Part shown: piece by piece, positions 1 through 7,309 of the stretch
How the letters are laid out: every line of letters begins with the position of its first letter
How positions within the stretch are numbered: position 1 is the first letter of the stretch
From: an uncultured virus (IMG/VR IMGVR_UViG_3300042340_000066)
Lineage: Duplodnaviria > Heunggongvirae > Uroviricota > Caudoviricetes
Strand: one strand, 5' to 3'
Length of the DNA: 20,000 nucleotides
Virus record (IMG/VR): IMGVR_UViG_3300042340_000066
Position numbers and translations under genes: made by a program
Notes under the pieces: model-generated
Told to the model about the DNA's origin: nothing
Database searches by the model: none
What the model saw: only the letters and a program-made list of their open reading frames with translations

Positions 1-1178
1 ATGCGCATGGCTTCGGAGGTATCGGTCTGCATGTACTTAGCGATAGCCGCAATCTGTTGATCTGCGGAGAGGCCACTGTTGACTATGCGGGCTACGCCAG
101 CGTTATTGTTTGGGTCTAAGTTGACTTTCTGTCCTTCTTCGCCTTGGTCATCCACGATTATGGTGTCAGACGGGTCGTTATAGGAGCTCTGTAGGGGGCC
201 ACCCGTCCATGCCGCTGGGCTAAGTAGCGACACACCCGGACGCTCATCGGACTTCGGCACTTCTTTAGGAACAGGCGCGGGCGCAGGTATACTGCGCCCC
301 TCTGACGCTTTGGGAGCGTTTGGTTGCTTTGCTGCACCTGCATCGGGCTTTACTGTTTTGTCTGGGGTCAGCATTTCTCCAACCGCCGCGAGTACGCCTT
401 TAGTATCGTCAATAAAGCTAGGCTTCTCAGGTGCAGTAGGTATAGGTGCAACACCCATCAATTCTCTTTTTTTACTAGGAGAAGGTTCAGTAGTTTTGTA
501 GTAATCTTTTTCGGCTTGCGCTTTTGCGGCTTGCTTAGCTTCCCAGTTAGGGTCTTTAATAAACGCCTTATCCGCAAGCCAACTACCCGCAGACTTCAAC
601 CCTTTTAAAGCCATTCCACCAATATCACCGGGGCCAGCGCTGTAGCGCTGCACATCTTCCTCCATTTCCGGGTTTGCCTCTGCTTCTGTTTCAGCTGCGA
701 TCATGGCATCTAGCTCATCATCGTTCAAATCGCCATACCCAGAGGTATAAGGGAAAGCTCCTCTAACTACACTACCATCTGCAAACCCTCTCATCCCCTC
801 ATAGTCTTCACCACCATCGTAATTGAAGACAGGTACATCATCTTCACCGGCATAGCCCATCGGGAGCATACTAGCCAGCCCGCCATTAGCGAAAGCTACG
901 AGCCCACCAGCTGCATACTGCTGTGCCATTTCCTCAAGCCCCGGCTGTGCCAGCCCCATTTCCGGTTGCTGTTGAGGCCATTGATAGTATTGATTCATAA
1001 CAGTACCCTGTGGAGGTGGAGGGGTTTGTAATTTAGTACGTAAGCTACCTTCTGCACCATCTAACCTTTGCGCCATCAATGCGGCTATGGGGTTGTTCGC
1101 CGCGGCTGTCTGCCGCTGCTGTGGGGTGATGGGTTGCTGCAGTGCCCTTTCAATCTCGTAGACGTTAGCGGTTTTCAT
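1..1178 (-). CDS. Putative internal virion/ejection protein, partial (runs off the window's left edge; at least 392 codons)
   Basis: Not in the ORF track. Hand translation from ATG at 1178 gives MKTANVYEIERALQQPITPQQRQ...QQYAAGGLVAFANGGLASM...MRGFADGSVV...AIAKYMQTDTSEAMR with no stop before position 1. It starts 2 nt after the stop of the 814-aa gene and carries the same AxGG motifs as neighbouring genes. Confidence 0.85.
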   Translation of the reverse strand, partial: MKTANVYEIERALQQPITPQQRQTAAANNPIAALMAQRLDGAEGSLRTKLQTPPPPQGTVMNQYYQWPQQQPEMGLAQPGLEEMAQQYAAGGLVAFANGGLASMLPMGYAGEDDVPVFNYDGGEDYEGMRGFADGSVVRGAFPYTSGYGDLNDDELDAMIAAETEAEANPEMEEDVQRYSAGPGDIGGMALKGLKSAGSWLADKAFIKDPNWEAKQAAKAQAEKDYYKTTEPSPSKKRELMGVAPIPTAPEKPSFIDDTKGVLAAVGEMLTPDKTVKPDAGAAKQPNAPKASEGRSIPAPAPVPKEVPKSDERPGVSLLSPAAWTGGPLQSSYNDPSDTIIVDDQGEEGQKVNLDPNNNAGVARIVNSGLSADQQIAAIAKYMQTDTSEAMR

Positions 1179-1180
1179 AA

Positions 1181-3625
1181 TCAGGTATTCGTTCCACCGG
1201 GAGCACCTGAGAGATTAGCAGCGCCAGTCCCCATGCGATTATTAGCCGCGTACCTATTATAAAAATCTTGCCCCAAGCCCATCATGGAGCCAGCTGTGCC
1301 TTTGAGATTACCGAACATGTCCATCTGTTGCGCCCAATTAGCATTACCTATAGCCCCTAAGCCTTGAGCCATGTTGCCCATAGCGTTAAAAGCGCCGATG
1401 TTTTGTTGGTTTCCTTGAAGCCCTGCTTGTTGGTTAGCCATCTGCGACTGCAGCCCATATTGAGAGTTGGCAAGGTTGACGTTTGTACCCAACTGAGCAT
1501 TTTGAAGAGCCGCCTGTGTTCCCAGCGAAGCATTCTGCAGGTTGGTTTGATTCGCCAGATTTGCATTCAAAGAGCCCACACCGAACTGAGTCTGCTGATT
1601 AGCCAAAGCCGCTTCAAGTGCCGCCCGTTGGTTGGCTAGATTGGCCTGCGTTCCCAACTGAGCATTAGCAAGAGAGGCTTGATTCTGCGCCCCAGCATTG
1701 AACTGCCCTGTGCCAAACTGCGTTTGTTGATTAGCTAGAGCCGCTTGTAACGCCGCTGCTTGATTAGCCAGAGCACCTTGAGAGTTTACGCCTTGGTTAG
1801 CTAGCGCTGCCTGCTGTGCTAGTTGTGCATTGGTCTGCCCCGTACCGAAGGCAACTTGTTGGTTAGCCAAGGCCGCTTGAAGCATTTGCTGTGCTTCTTG
1901 AGACTGCACACCCAACATCGACTGCAGGTTCTGCACTTTGGTCTGATAGTCAATGTTCTGGTTAGCCAGCATTGCTTGCAACTCTTGCTGCGAAGACTGC
2001 GACTGTGTGGAGAGCTTAGACTGCAGATTCTGTAGAGCCGCCTGCTGCGACATGCTTAATTCCCCAGTGTACTGAGAGCGACCTGATTCGTAGGCTTGCT
2101 GCAACCCTCGCGTTTGAATATCTTGCAACTGCTGATTGTAGTTACGCTGCGCTTCAGAGCGCTCCAAAGCCTGCCTAGACCCACCAAACGCTCCAGCCGA
2201 TACAGCCTTGGCATTCAGAGCATTCATCTGCTTGGTATAGTCCCTCTCTGCTTCGCGCTTTGAGATATCGATGACCCCCTGCATGTAGGGGCTCATATAC
2301 TTGCCGGATACACCCTCATCGGTCCAAGACCCCGGCCCTGCCATTTGATAGGCTTCAAGCGCTTGAGTGGTGATTGGACTCGTACTATCCATCTGATACC
2401 GCTGCAGTTCTCTAGCGGTTACATCCTCTGGGCGCTGCATTTGCGAAGCGTCTACGTTGTACTGCCCGAGGTTCACTTGCTGAGCATTAACATCAGCAAT
2501 AGCTGCCATTTGAGAGGCTTGAGCTCTTTCTGCCGCTGCGCGTTCTGCATTGACATTAGCAATACTACCCATCTGTGCGGCGGCGGCTCTTTCTGCGCTG
2601 GCCCTTTCAGCCGAAGCGTTTTGGTAGCTTACATCCTGCGGTTTATACCCAGCCAAGCCTTGCAACCCTGCTCCCGCTGTTCTGAACATATCTGCTGATT
2701 GCCCCAACTCGGCGGGTGCTTGCATCTGATTCAAGTAATCCAGAGTTTTATTAACCCACGGATCAGTGGTGGTTATGGGTTTGGTGGGGTCTACTCCTAC
2801 GATGTTGCCTTTATCATCTCTGATATACCCCGGAACCACGCCATAGGTGCTCTCCATCCCTCCTAATTCAGAGATAACAGGCGCTGCATTTTTTACCCCC
2901 TCCGAACCTGTTCCAGCACTTGTCCCCGTGCCTTTACCTGCACCTAAAGCGGTAGAGTTCTTCAGAATACCTTTATTGGTAGGGGCTTTGGTGCCTACGT
3001 TGGTATAAGGAGAAACATCACGTCCTGTTTTCTGCTCAATCGTATCAAGCCGTTTCTTTTGTGCTGCCGTAGGTTCTTTGCCTTTAGCTTTAAGATTGGC
3101 CATTTGTTTTACAAACGCCGCTTGACCCGCATCAAGCCCTTTATCTCCTACCTTGCCTCCGTCTGCATAGCGCTTAGCCTGCATGATTCCACCAGCCGCT
3201 TTACCTTGCTTGGCATAGGGGTTAGCCACACCTACGAGGTCAGCCATCGCTGCGCTCTGCTGCTGTTTATCTAAGCGGCCTTGCGTCCAAGCATCGGGTC
3301 TGGCTCCCGGCATCTGTGGGTTTGGTTGAATAGCAGCGGGGGCGTCATTCACAATACCACGGCTACGATTGATTCGGTCCATTACATCTTGCTGTACAGC
3401 ACCGGGAGGCATTCCAGCAAACCTACGCAAAGACTCAGGGTCCATCTCCATAACCCCCTTATACAGCTTTCTACGCTGTAGGGTATCTTTAAGCATGGGC
3501 GTGTAATACTGCATCTGCAGTCCCTGCATTTGCTGCTGCAGGCCGAACTTCAGCCAGTCAAGCTCGTTGGGGGTGTACGCTTGAAAAGTCTGGGATGATG
3601 TTGACGGGGGTACTGAACTGCCCAT
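1181..3625 (-). CDS. Putative DNA ejection/DNA-transfer internal virion protein (814 aa, Gln/Ala-rich)
   Basis: Long ORF with GAGGT RBS. It contains the YMSPYMQGVID...AGAFGGSRQAL...QQAYESG block typical of podovirus-like DNA transfer proteins, plus many AALANQ helical repeats, and sits downstream of the nozzle gene. Confidence 0.7.
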   Translation of the reverse strand: MGSSVPPSTSSQTFQAYTPNELDWLKFGLQQQMQGLQMQYYTPMLKDTLQRRKLYKGVMEMDPESLRRFAGMPPGAVQQDVMDRINRSRGIVNDAPAAIQPNPQMPGARPDAWTQGRLDKQQQSAAMADLVGVANPYAKQGKAAGGIMQAKRYADGGKVGDKGLDAGQAAFVKQMANLKAKGKEPTAAQKKRLDTIEQKTGRDVSPYTNVGTKAPTNKGILKNSTALGAGKGTGTSAGTGSEGVKNAAPVISELGGMESTYGVVPGYIRDDKGNIVGVDPTKPITTTDPWVNKTLDYLNQMQAPAELGQSADMFRTAGAGLQGLAGYKPQDVSYQNASAERASAERAAAAQMGSIANVNAERAAAERAQASQMAAIADVNAQQVNLGQYNVDASQMQRPEDVTARELQRYQMDSTSPITTQALEAYQMAGPGSWTDEGVSGKYMSPYMQGVIDISKREAERDYTKQMNALNAKAVSAGAFGGSRQALERSEAQRNYNQQLQDIQTRGLQQAYESGRSQYTGELSMSQQAALQNLQSKLSTQSQSSQQELQAMLANQNIDYQTKVQNLQSMLGVQSQEAQQMLQAALANQQVAFGTGQTNAQLAQQAALANQGVNSQGALANQAAALQAALANQQTQFGTGQFNAGAQNQASLANAQLGTQANLANQRAALEAALANQQTQFGVGSLNANLANQTNLQNASLGTQAALQNAQLGTNVNLANSQYGLQSQMANQQAGLQGNQQNIGAFNAMGNMAQGLGAIGNANWAQQMDMFGNLKGTAGSMMGLGQDFYNRYAANNRMGTGAANLSGAPGGTNT
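1430..2050 (-). repeat. Imperfect coding repeats (QAALANQ; ANQQTQFGxGxxNA) in the 814-aa protein
   Basis: Translation shows repeated QAMLANQ, QAALANQ, QGALANQ, QANLANQ and EAALANQ, and three ANQQ(V/T)(A/Q)FG(T/V)G blocks. Boundaries are approximate. Confidence 0.8.
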
Positions 3626-3646
3626 GATAAACCTCTTAAAAATTCG

Positions 3647-4060
3647 TTAAAGCTTGCGCCCTACTACGTGATACTTTTCGGCAAAACCAAAGTGCCTCAG
3701 TAACCTAGCCATTGACTTCCTGACTGCTCCCTCAACACACGTAGCCCCGTGTGTCTGCATTATAGTAAAAAGTTGCTGTAATGTATCTTTATTTGTGATG
3801 AACTTACCGCCAGAAGCTACGATAAAGGCCACTCTATCTCTAGGGCGATTGTAGTATTCGATAACAGCACAGCCATGAATCTGGTTCTGCTCATCCACCG
3901 CTACCGTAAGCTGCCATAGTCCTCTAGTCAGCAAAACCCGCGCTTCCTCTACCGTGTAGTCACCCTGAGAATGTTCAAACGCCTCGGCTATATATGTCTC
4001 CACATAAGGCAACGTAGACGGTACGTACTCCAAAGGTACTATCTGTACGGTGTTCATCAA
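3647..4060 (-). CDS. GNAT/acyltransferase-like phage protein (137 aa)
   Basis: Size and pattern (WQLTVAVD...HGCAVIEY...VAFIVASGG...GATCVEGAVRKSMARLLRHFGF) match GNAT-fold proteins found among podovirus internal-protein genes. Its start overlaps the upstream stop codon. Confidence 0.55.
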   Translation of the reverse strand: MMNTVQIVPLEYVPSTLPYVETYIAEAFEHSQGDYTVEEARVLLTRGLWQLTVAVDEQNQIHGCAVIEYYNRPRDRVAFIVASGGKFITNKDTLQQLFTIMQTHGATCVEGAVRKSMARLLRHFGFAEKYHVVGRKL

Positions 4061-5148
4061 CCAGCCCGCTGCATTCTCTCCACAGCCCTACGCTCGGCTA
4101 AGCTGCCTGCACGTTGAGGAGGCTTTACACCTTCGGGGGGTCCATTCTGTATGTAGTGGGTGAACGCTTGTTCCAAGAACTTGGCCCCAGCTTTGGATGA
4201 ACCATTACCAATCGCACTGACCACATCTGCAGGGATCACATACTGACCGTCCCGCATAGCAATACCACCACCTTTCAGCGTAGTCAGACCGCCATCAGAA
4301 AAACCTCTAAACGGGTTAGCAAAGGGACTACCTGACATTCTTCTACTCATCAATTCATCCTCTTCAGCATAGCGAGACTGAGGTCTGCCACCACCGCCCG
4401 TAGAGGGTCTCGGCATGGGCTCTTCTTCAGGAGACATAGCGCCTTTGAGCGCTTCCTTGCCTAGCTCCTTACTCATATCACCAAACATAGAGTCAGAGCC
4501 CCCGGTTGTCGAGGCTGCAGCTGCTTGAGAAGCTTTTCCAAATGTAGGAGCCGCTGTCCCTTTAGTTATAGCGCTAACAGAAGGTTCTGCCGCTACGACT
4601 TGAGCAGCGCCGGGGATACCACCCGTTGCTTGTTGGAATGCTGGAGTGGCTACTCCCTTAGTAATCTCACTAACTGATGGTTGTGCTGCAGTGACCGCTT
4701 GGCCCGCTTGACCTGTTATACCCCCTGCAGGCGCTGCTGCGCCACCCAATGCTCCAAGACCACTCATCAAGGCTCCACCCGCAGCACCGAAAAGAGCCCC
4801 TTGGCCGGGATCACCACCCATAGCCGCAGAAGACGCAGCACCTAATCCAGCACTACCCGCAGCGGTGGTTAACCCTGTACCTATCGTCCCTGCCGCTCCT
4901 CCTATCGTACCGCCTGCTCCTACAGAGCCGGGAACCCCAAGCGCCATCAATCCAGAGCCTATACCCCCAGCAATGCCTGAGCCTATACCAGACGCGGCTC
5001 CCGCCGCTGTACCCACTGCCCCGGCCAAGCCTGTACCGGCTGTCGCTGCCGCTGTCGCTGTCGCTGCCGTACCCACTGTACCTAGACCAACAGCAGCAAG
5101 CCCCGAGGCGAGAGCAGAACCAATCGAACCCAATACAATAAACGCCAT
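4057..5148 (-). CDS. Gly/Ala-rich internal virion (pilot/ejection-like) protein (363 aa)
   Basis: Hydrophobic Gly/Ala-rich N-terminal half, an internal duplication (AAQPSVSEITKG / AAEPSVSAITKG) and a C-terminal RGFSDGG...DGQYVIPADVVSAIGNGSSKAGAKFL domain. Confidence 0.65.
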   Translation of the reverse strand: MAFIVLGSIGSALASGLAAVGLGTVGTAATATAAATAGTGLAGAVGTAAGAASGIGSGIAGGIGSGLMALGVPGSVGAGGTIGGAAGTIGTGLTTAAGSAGLGAASSAAMGGDPGQGALFGAAGGALMSGLGALGGAAAPAGGITGQAGQAVTAAQPSVSEITKGVATPAFQQATGGIPGAAQVVAAEPSVSAITKGTAAPTFGKASQAAAASTTGGSDSMFGDMSKELGKEALKGAMSPEEEPMPRPSTGGGGRPQSRYAEEDELMSRRMSGSPFANPFRGFSDGGLTTLKGGGIAMRDGQYVIPADVVSAIGNGSSKAGAKFLEQAFTHYIQNGPPEGVKPPQRAGSLAERRAVERMQRAG

Positions 5149-5149
5149 G

Positions 5150-5581
5150 CTAGTTCTCCAAAAGTCCTGCTTTATACTCGTCCATTGAACTACACGTCAG
5201 CAGCTTCTCAATCACATCCACATCCGTTTCTTCACAGGCATGAACAGTGAGCCACTCGACCTCTGTATGCGCATAGATCGCCCTTTGTACGCCTGCTGGA
5301 GTAACGAAGACTTGAGGAGCAAATACATCCCTCTTCTCTCCGTTCTCATCCATGACTGAGGCTATGCCTTTCAACGCTACCGTGATGTGCGGCACTTTAT
5401 GAACCGCTGATATAATCGTCGCTCCCGCAGGGACATTCGTCCTACGTCCATAGAGCATACCGGGAACAATGTAATGATCGGTCTTTCCTTCAATACGGAA
5501 CTGGTCTCCAGCCGCTATCGCGTCTGCCATCGCATGGCGAAACTCTTCAATAGACGGGCTAGCTTTTTCTATCTGATTCAT
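5150..5581 (-). CDS. Cupin-like (double-stranded beta-helix) phage protein (143 aa)
   Basis: HYIVPGMLYGRRTNVPAGATIISAVHKVPHITVALKG...APQVFVTPAGVQRAIYAHTEVEWLTVH matches the cupin pattern commonly seen next to phage ejection genes. TAATG overlap with the upstream gene at 5581. Confidence 0.65.
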   Translation of the reverse strand: MNQIEKASPSIEEFRHAMADAIAAGDQFRIEGKTDHYIVPGMLYGRRTNVPAGATIISAVHKVPHITVALKGIASVMDENGEKRDVFAPQVFVTPAGVQRAIYAHTEVEWLTVHACEETDVDVIEKLLTCSSMDEYKAGLLEN

Positions 5582-6873
5582 CAGTCCATCATATCCAGTA
5601 CGACTTCTTTACCTGCATCTTGCTTGACTTGTTGGGCTGTCCCGTATGCTGCCATTCTAACACGCTTGAGCATATTATCTAAGGCTTCAACCCCAAACAT
5701 ATCCACAATAGCTTTAGGAATAATCACCTCACCATCCGCTACACGGACTTCCTCTTCACCATCAATGACCGCGCCCACCGAGTCACTCATGCCATCCCCA
5801 TCACCTTCTATAAACCCACTGTCTTCAGGCTCGCCTTCACCGTCAACAAACCCGCCTTCTTCATAGCCTTCTACGACCTCATGCCTTTGTGGAGCAGCAG
5901 CGGGGTATGGTTTAGCGCGTTCAATCATGGATTGTGGATAGGCAGTATCCGGGTCAAAAGGGGCTGTGTTGATATAGCCTCCATGCGCCATACGCAGGGC
6001 TCCCAGTCCTCCCTCTTTCTTAAAACTTTCTATCGCATGTTCAGGGATATAGGCTTGTACAGGAAGACCAAACTCACCCGCATACCCCACGGCACCACCA
6101 TCAGAGAAACCACGGTTGGTAAAAGAGTAACTGTATCTCATCTTAGACGGGTCAATCCCTGCCTGTCGCAGTAGCGCTAGCTTCTGCTCTTCTTGTTGTT
6201 TGATGGCATCGGGAGCATCGAACATGCTCTCTAACCCCGCTTGAGTCGTACCGCCTAGCATAATAGGTTCTTTATACTCAGAGAGGTAGTTCTTAAAACC
6301 TTTTACACTGCCTAAGTTGTTATCAAAAGCACGACTTAGATTGCCAGAAACCCTATCGGTGAATGAGGAGGGTTCGTAAAAAAGGTCATCCATTGCACCC
6401 TCTGCGCTTCGCGCTCCCAACAAATTCTCAGCTTCGGCTCCTCCGTATCCTCCCAGAGCTGCGCCCGTAAGGGCTCCCGCTTTCGCTGCGCTACCTATAT
6501 TACCTCCAGACAACCCAGCACCTAGAGCCCCGGTAGCTGCATTCGTCGCTGCGCCTGCTAGACCTGAACCGGCTAGTCCAAAGATATCTGCTACTCCCGC
6601 GTCTTCTAAATCAAAAAGCTCTTTTGCCGCGTCTTTAACCGGATCAAACATGGCGCTGCCCATAAGGGGGCTAAGCACACTACCTACAAACCCGCTAATC
6701 ATGCTGCCCCAACCAAAGGCTTCGGGAAGGCCCGTATCAGGATTCACCGTAGGCTCCGTACCAAACAGAGCGGCGAGGCCAGCGACTTCTTCCGGGTTGA
6801 CGTGCATCAGCATCGTATCGCCATTACGCCCCAGAGAGGCCAGACCGTTAGCAGTGGTGTTGTACTTTGGCAT
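5581..6873 (-). CDS. Putative internal virion/ejection protein (430 aa)
   Basis: N-terminal GLASLGRNGDTMLMHVNPEEVAGL...VNPDTGLPEAF block, a Gly/Ala-rich hydrophobic middle, three hydrophobic-x-x-GG motifs and a C-terminal GDGDGMSDS...ADGEVIIP domain. Confidence 0.65.
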   Translation of the reverse strand: MPKYNTTANGLASLGRNGDTMLMHVNPEEVAGLAALFGTEPTVNPDTGLPEAFGWGSMISGFVGSVLSPLMGSAMFDPVKDAAKELFDLEDAGVADIFGLAGSGLAGAATNAATGALGAGLSGGNIGSAAKAGALTGAALGGYGGAEAENLLGARSAEGAMDDLFYEPSSFTDRVSGNLSRAFDNNLGSVKGFKNYLSEYKEPIMLGGTTQAGLESMFDAPDAIKQQEEQKLALLRQAGIDPSKMRYSYSFTNRGFSDGGAVGYAGEFGLPVQAYIPEHAIESFKKEGGLGALRMAHGGYINTAPFDPDTAYPQSMIERAKPYPAAAPQRHEVVEGYEEGGFVDGEGEPEDSGFIEGDGDGMSDSVGAVIDGEEEVRVADGEVIIPKAIVDMFGVEALDNMLKRVRMAAYGTAQQVKQDAGKEVVLDMMD

Positions 6874-6882
6874 ACGCTTATC

Positions 6883-7305
6883 CTATGGAACGATTTTTAG
6901 GGTGTTGTCTGCAGCGGTGTCCCGCCATACCGTGCCGTGGGGTGAACCTGTAATCACTCGACCTGTTCCTGTCGCTGCACCTGTAGTTTTGAATGTGGTG
7001 CCTAGGTTGTTGTCTGCTGCGCCGACCAACGTGAAGTCCGTAGTGCCTACCGTGACGATAGTATAGTACGAAAGAGCCACCATAGCCGTGGCTGCAATAG
7101 GTGTTGGAAGAGCCGCAGAGAACGCATTCCCATCCGGGTTGAAGTTAGCCGCAACCAATGACGTGCACCGCACATCGCCGGGATTGTTGACCTGTTCGAT
7201 GAAGTAATTGACCAACCGCACCAGATTATTCTGGAACTGAATGTCGTACTCTAGCGGAGCTAGCGGGAGTACCGGAGCGGGAGGGACGTTACCTGACTTA
7301 CTCAT
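6883..7305 (-). CDS. Small tail/virion protein (140 aa), possibly tail needle/plug-type
   Basis: PVLPLAPLEYDIQFQNNLVRLVNYFIEQV N-terminal helix and GTVWRD...TLKIV C-terminus. It lies immediately after the nozzle gene, the position P22 gp26 occupies; the function is inferred from synteny only. Confidence 0.5.
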   Translation of the reverse strand: MSKSGNVPPAPVLPLAPLEYDIQFQNNLVRLVNYFIEQVNNPGDVRCTSLVAANFNPDGNAFSAALPTPIAATAMVALSYYTIVTVGTTDFTLVGAADNNLGTTFKTTGAATGTGRVITGSPHGTVWRDTAADNTLKIVP

Positions 7306-7309
7306 CTAT

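Noticed and set aside
158..343. 61-aa minus-strand ORF and other nested out-of-frame minus ORFs (1357-1566, 7819-8103, 10269-10466, 11040-11456, 19759-19968)
   Set aside because: Each lies inside a longer, more protein-like gene in another frame, and I saw no independent support for translation.
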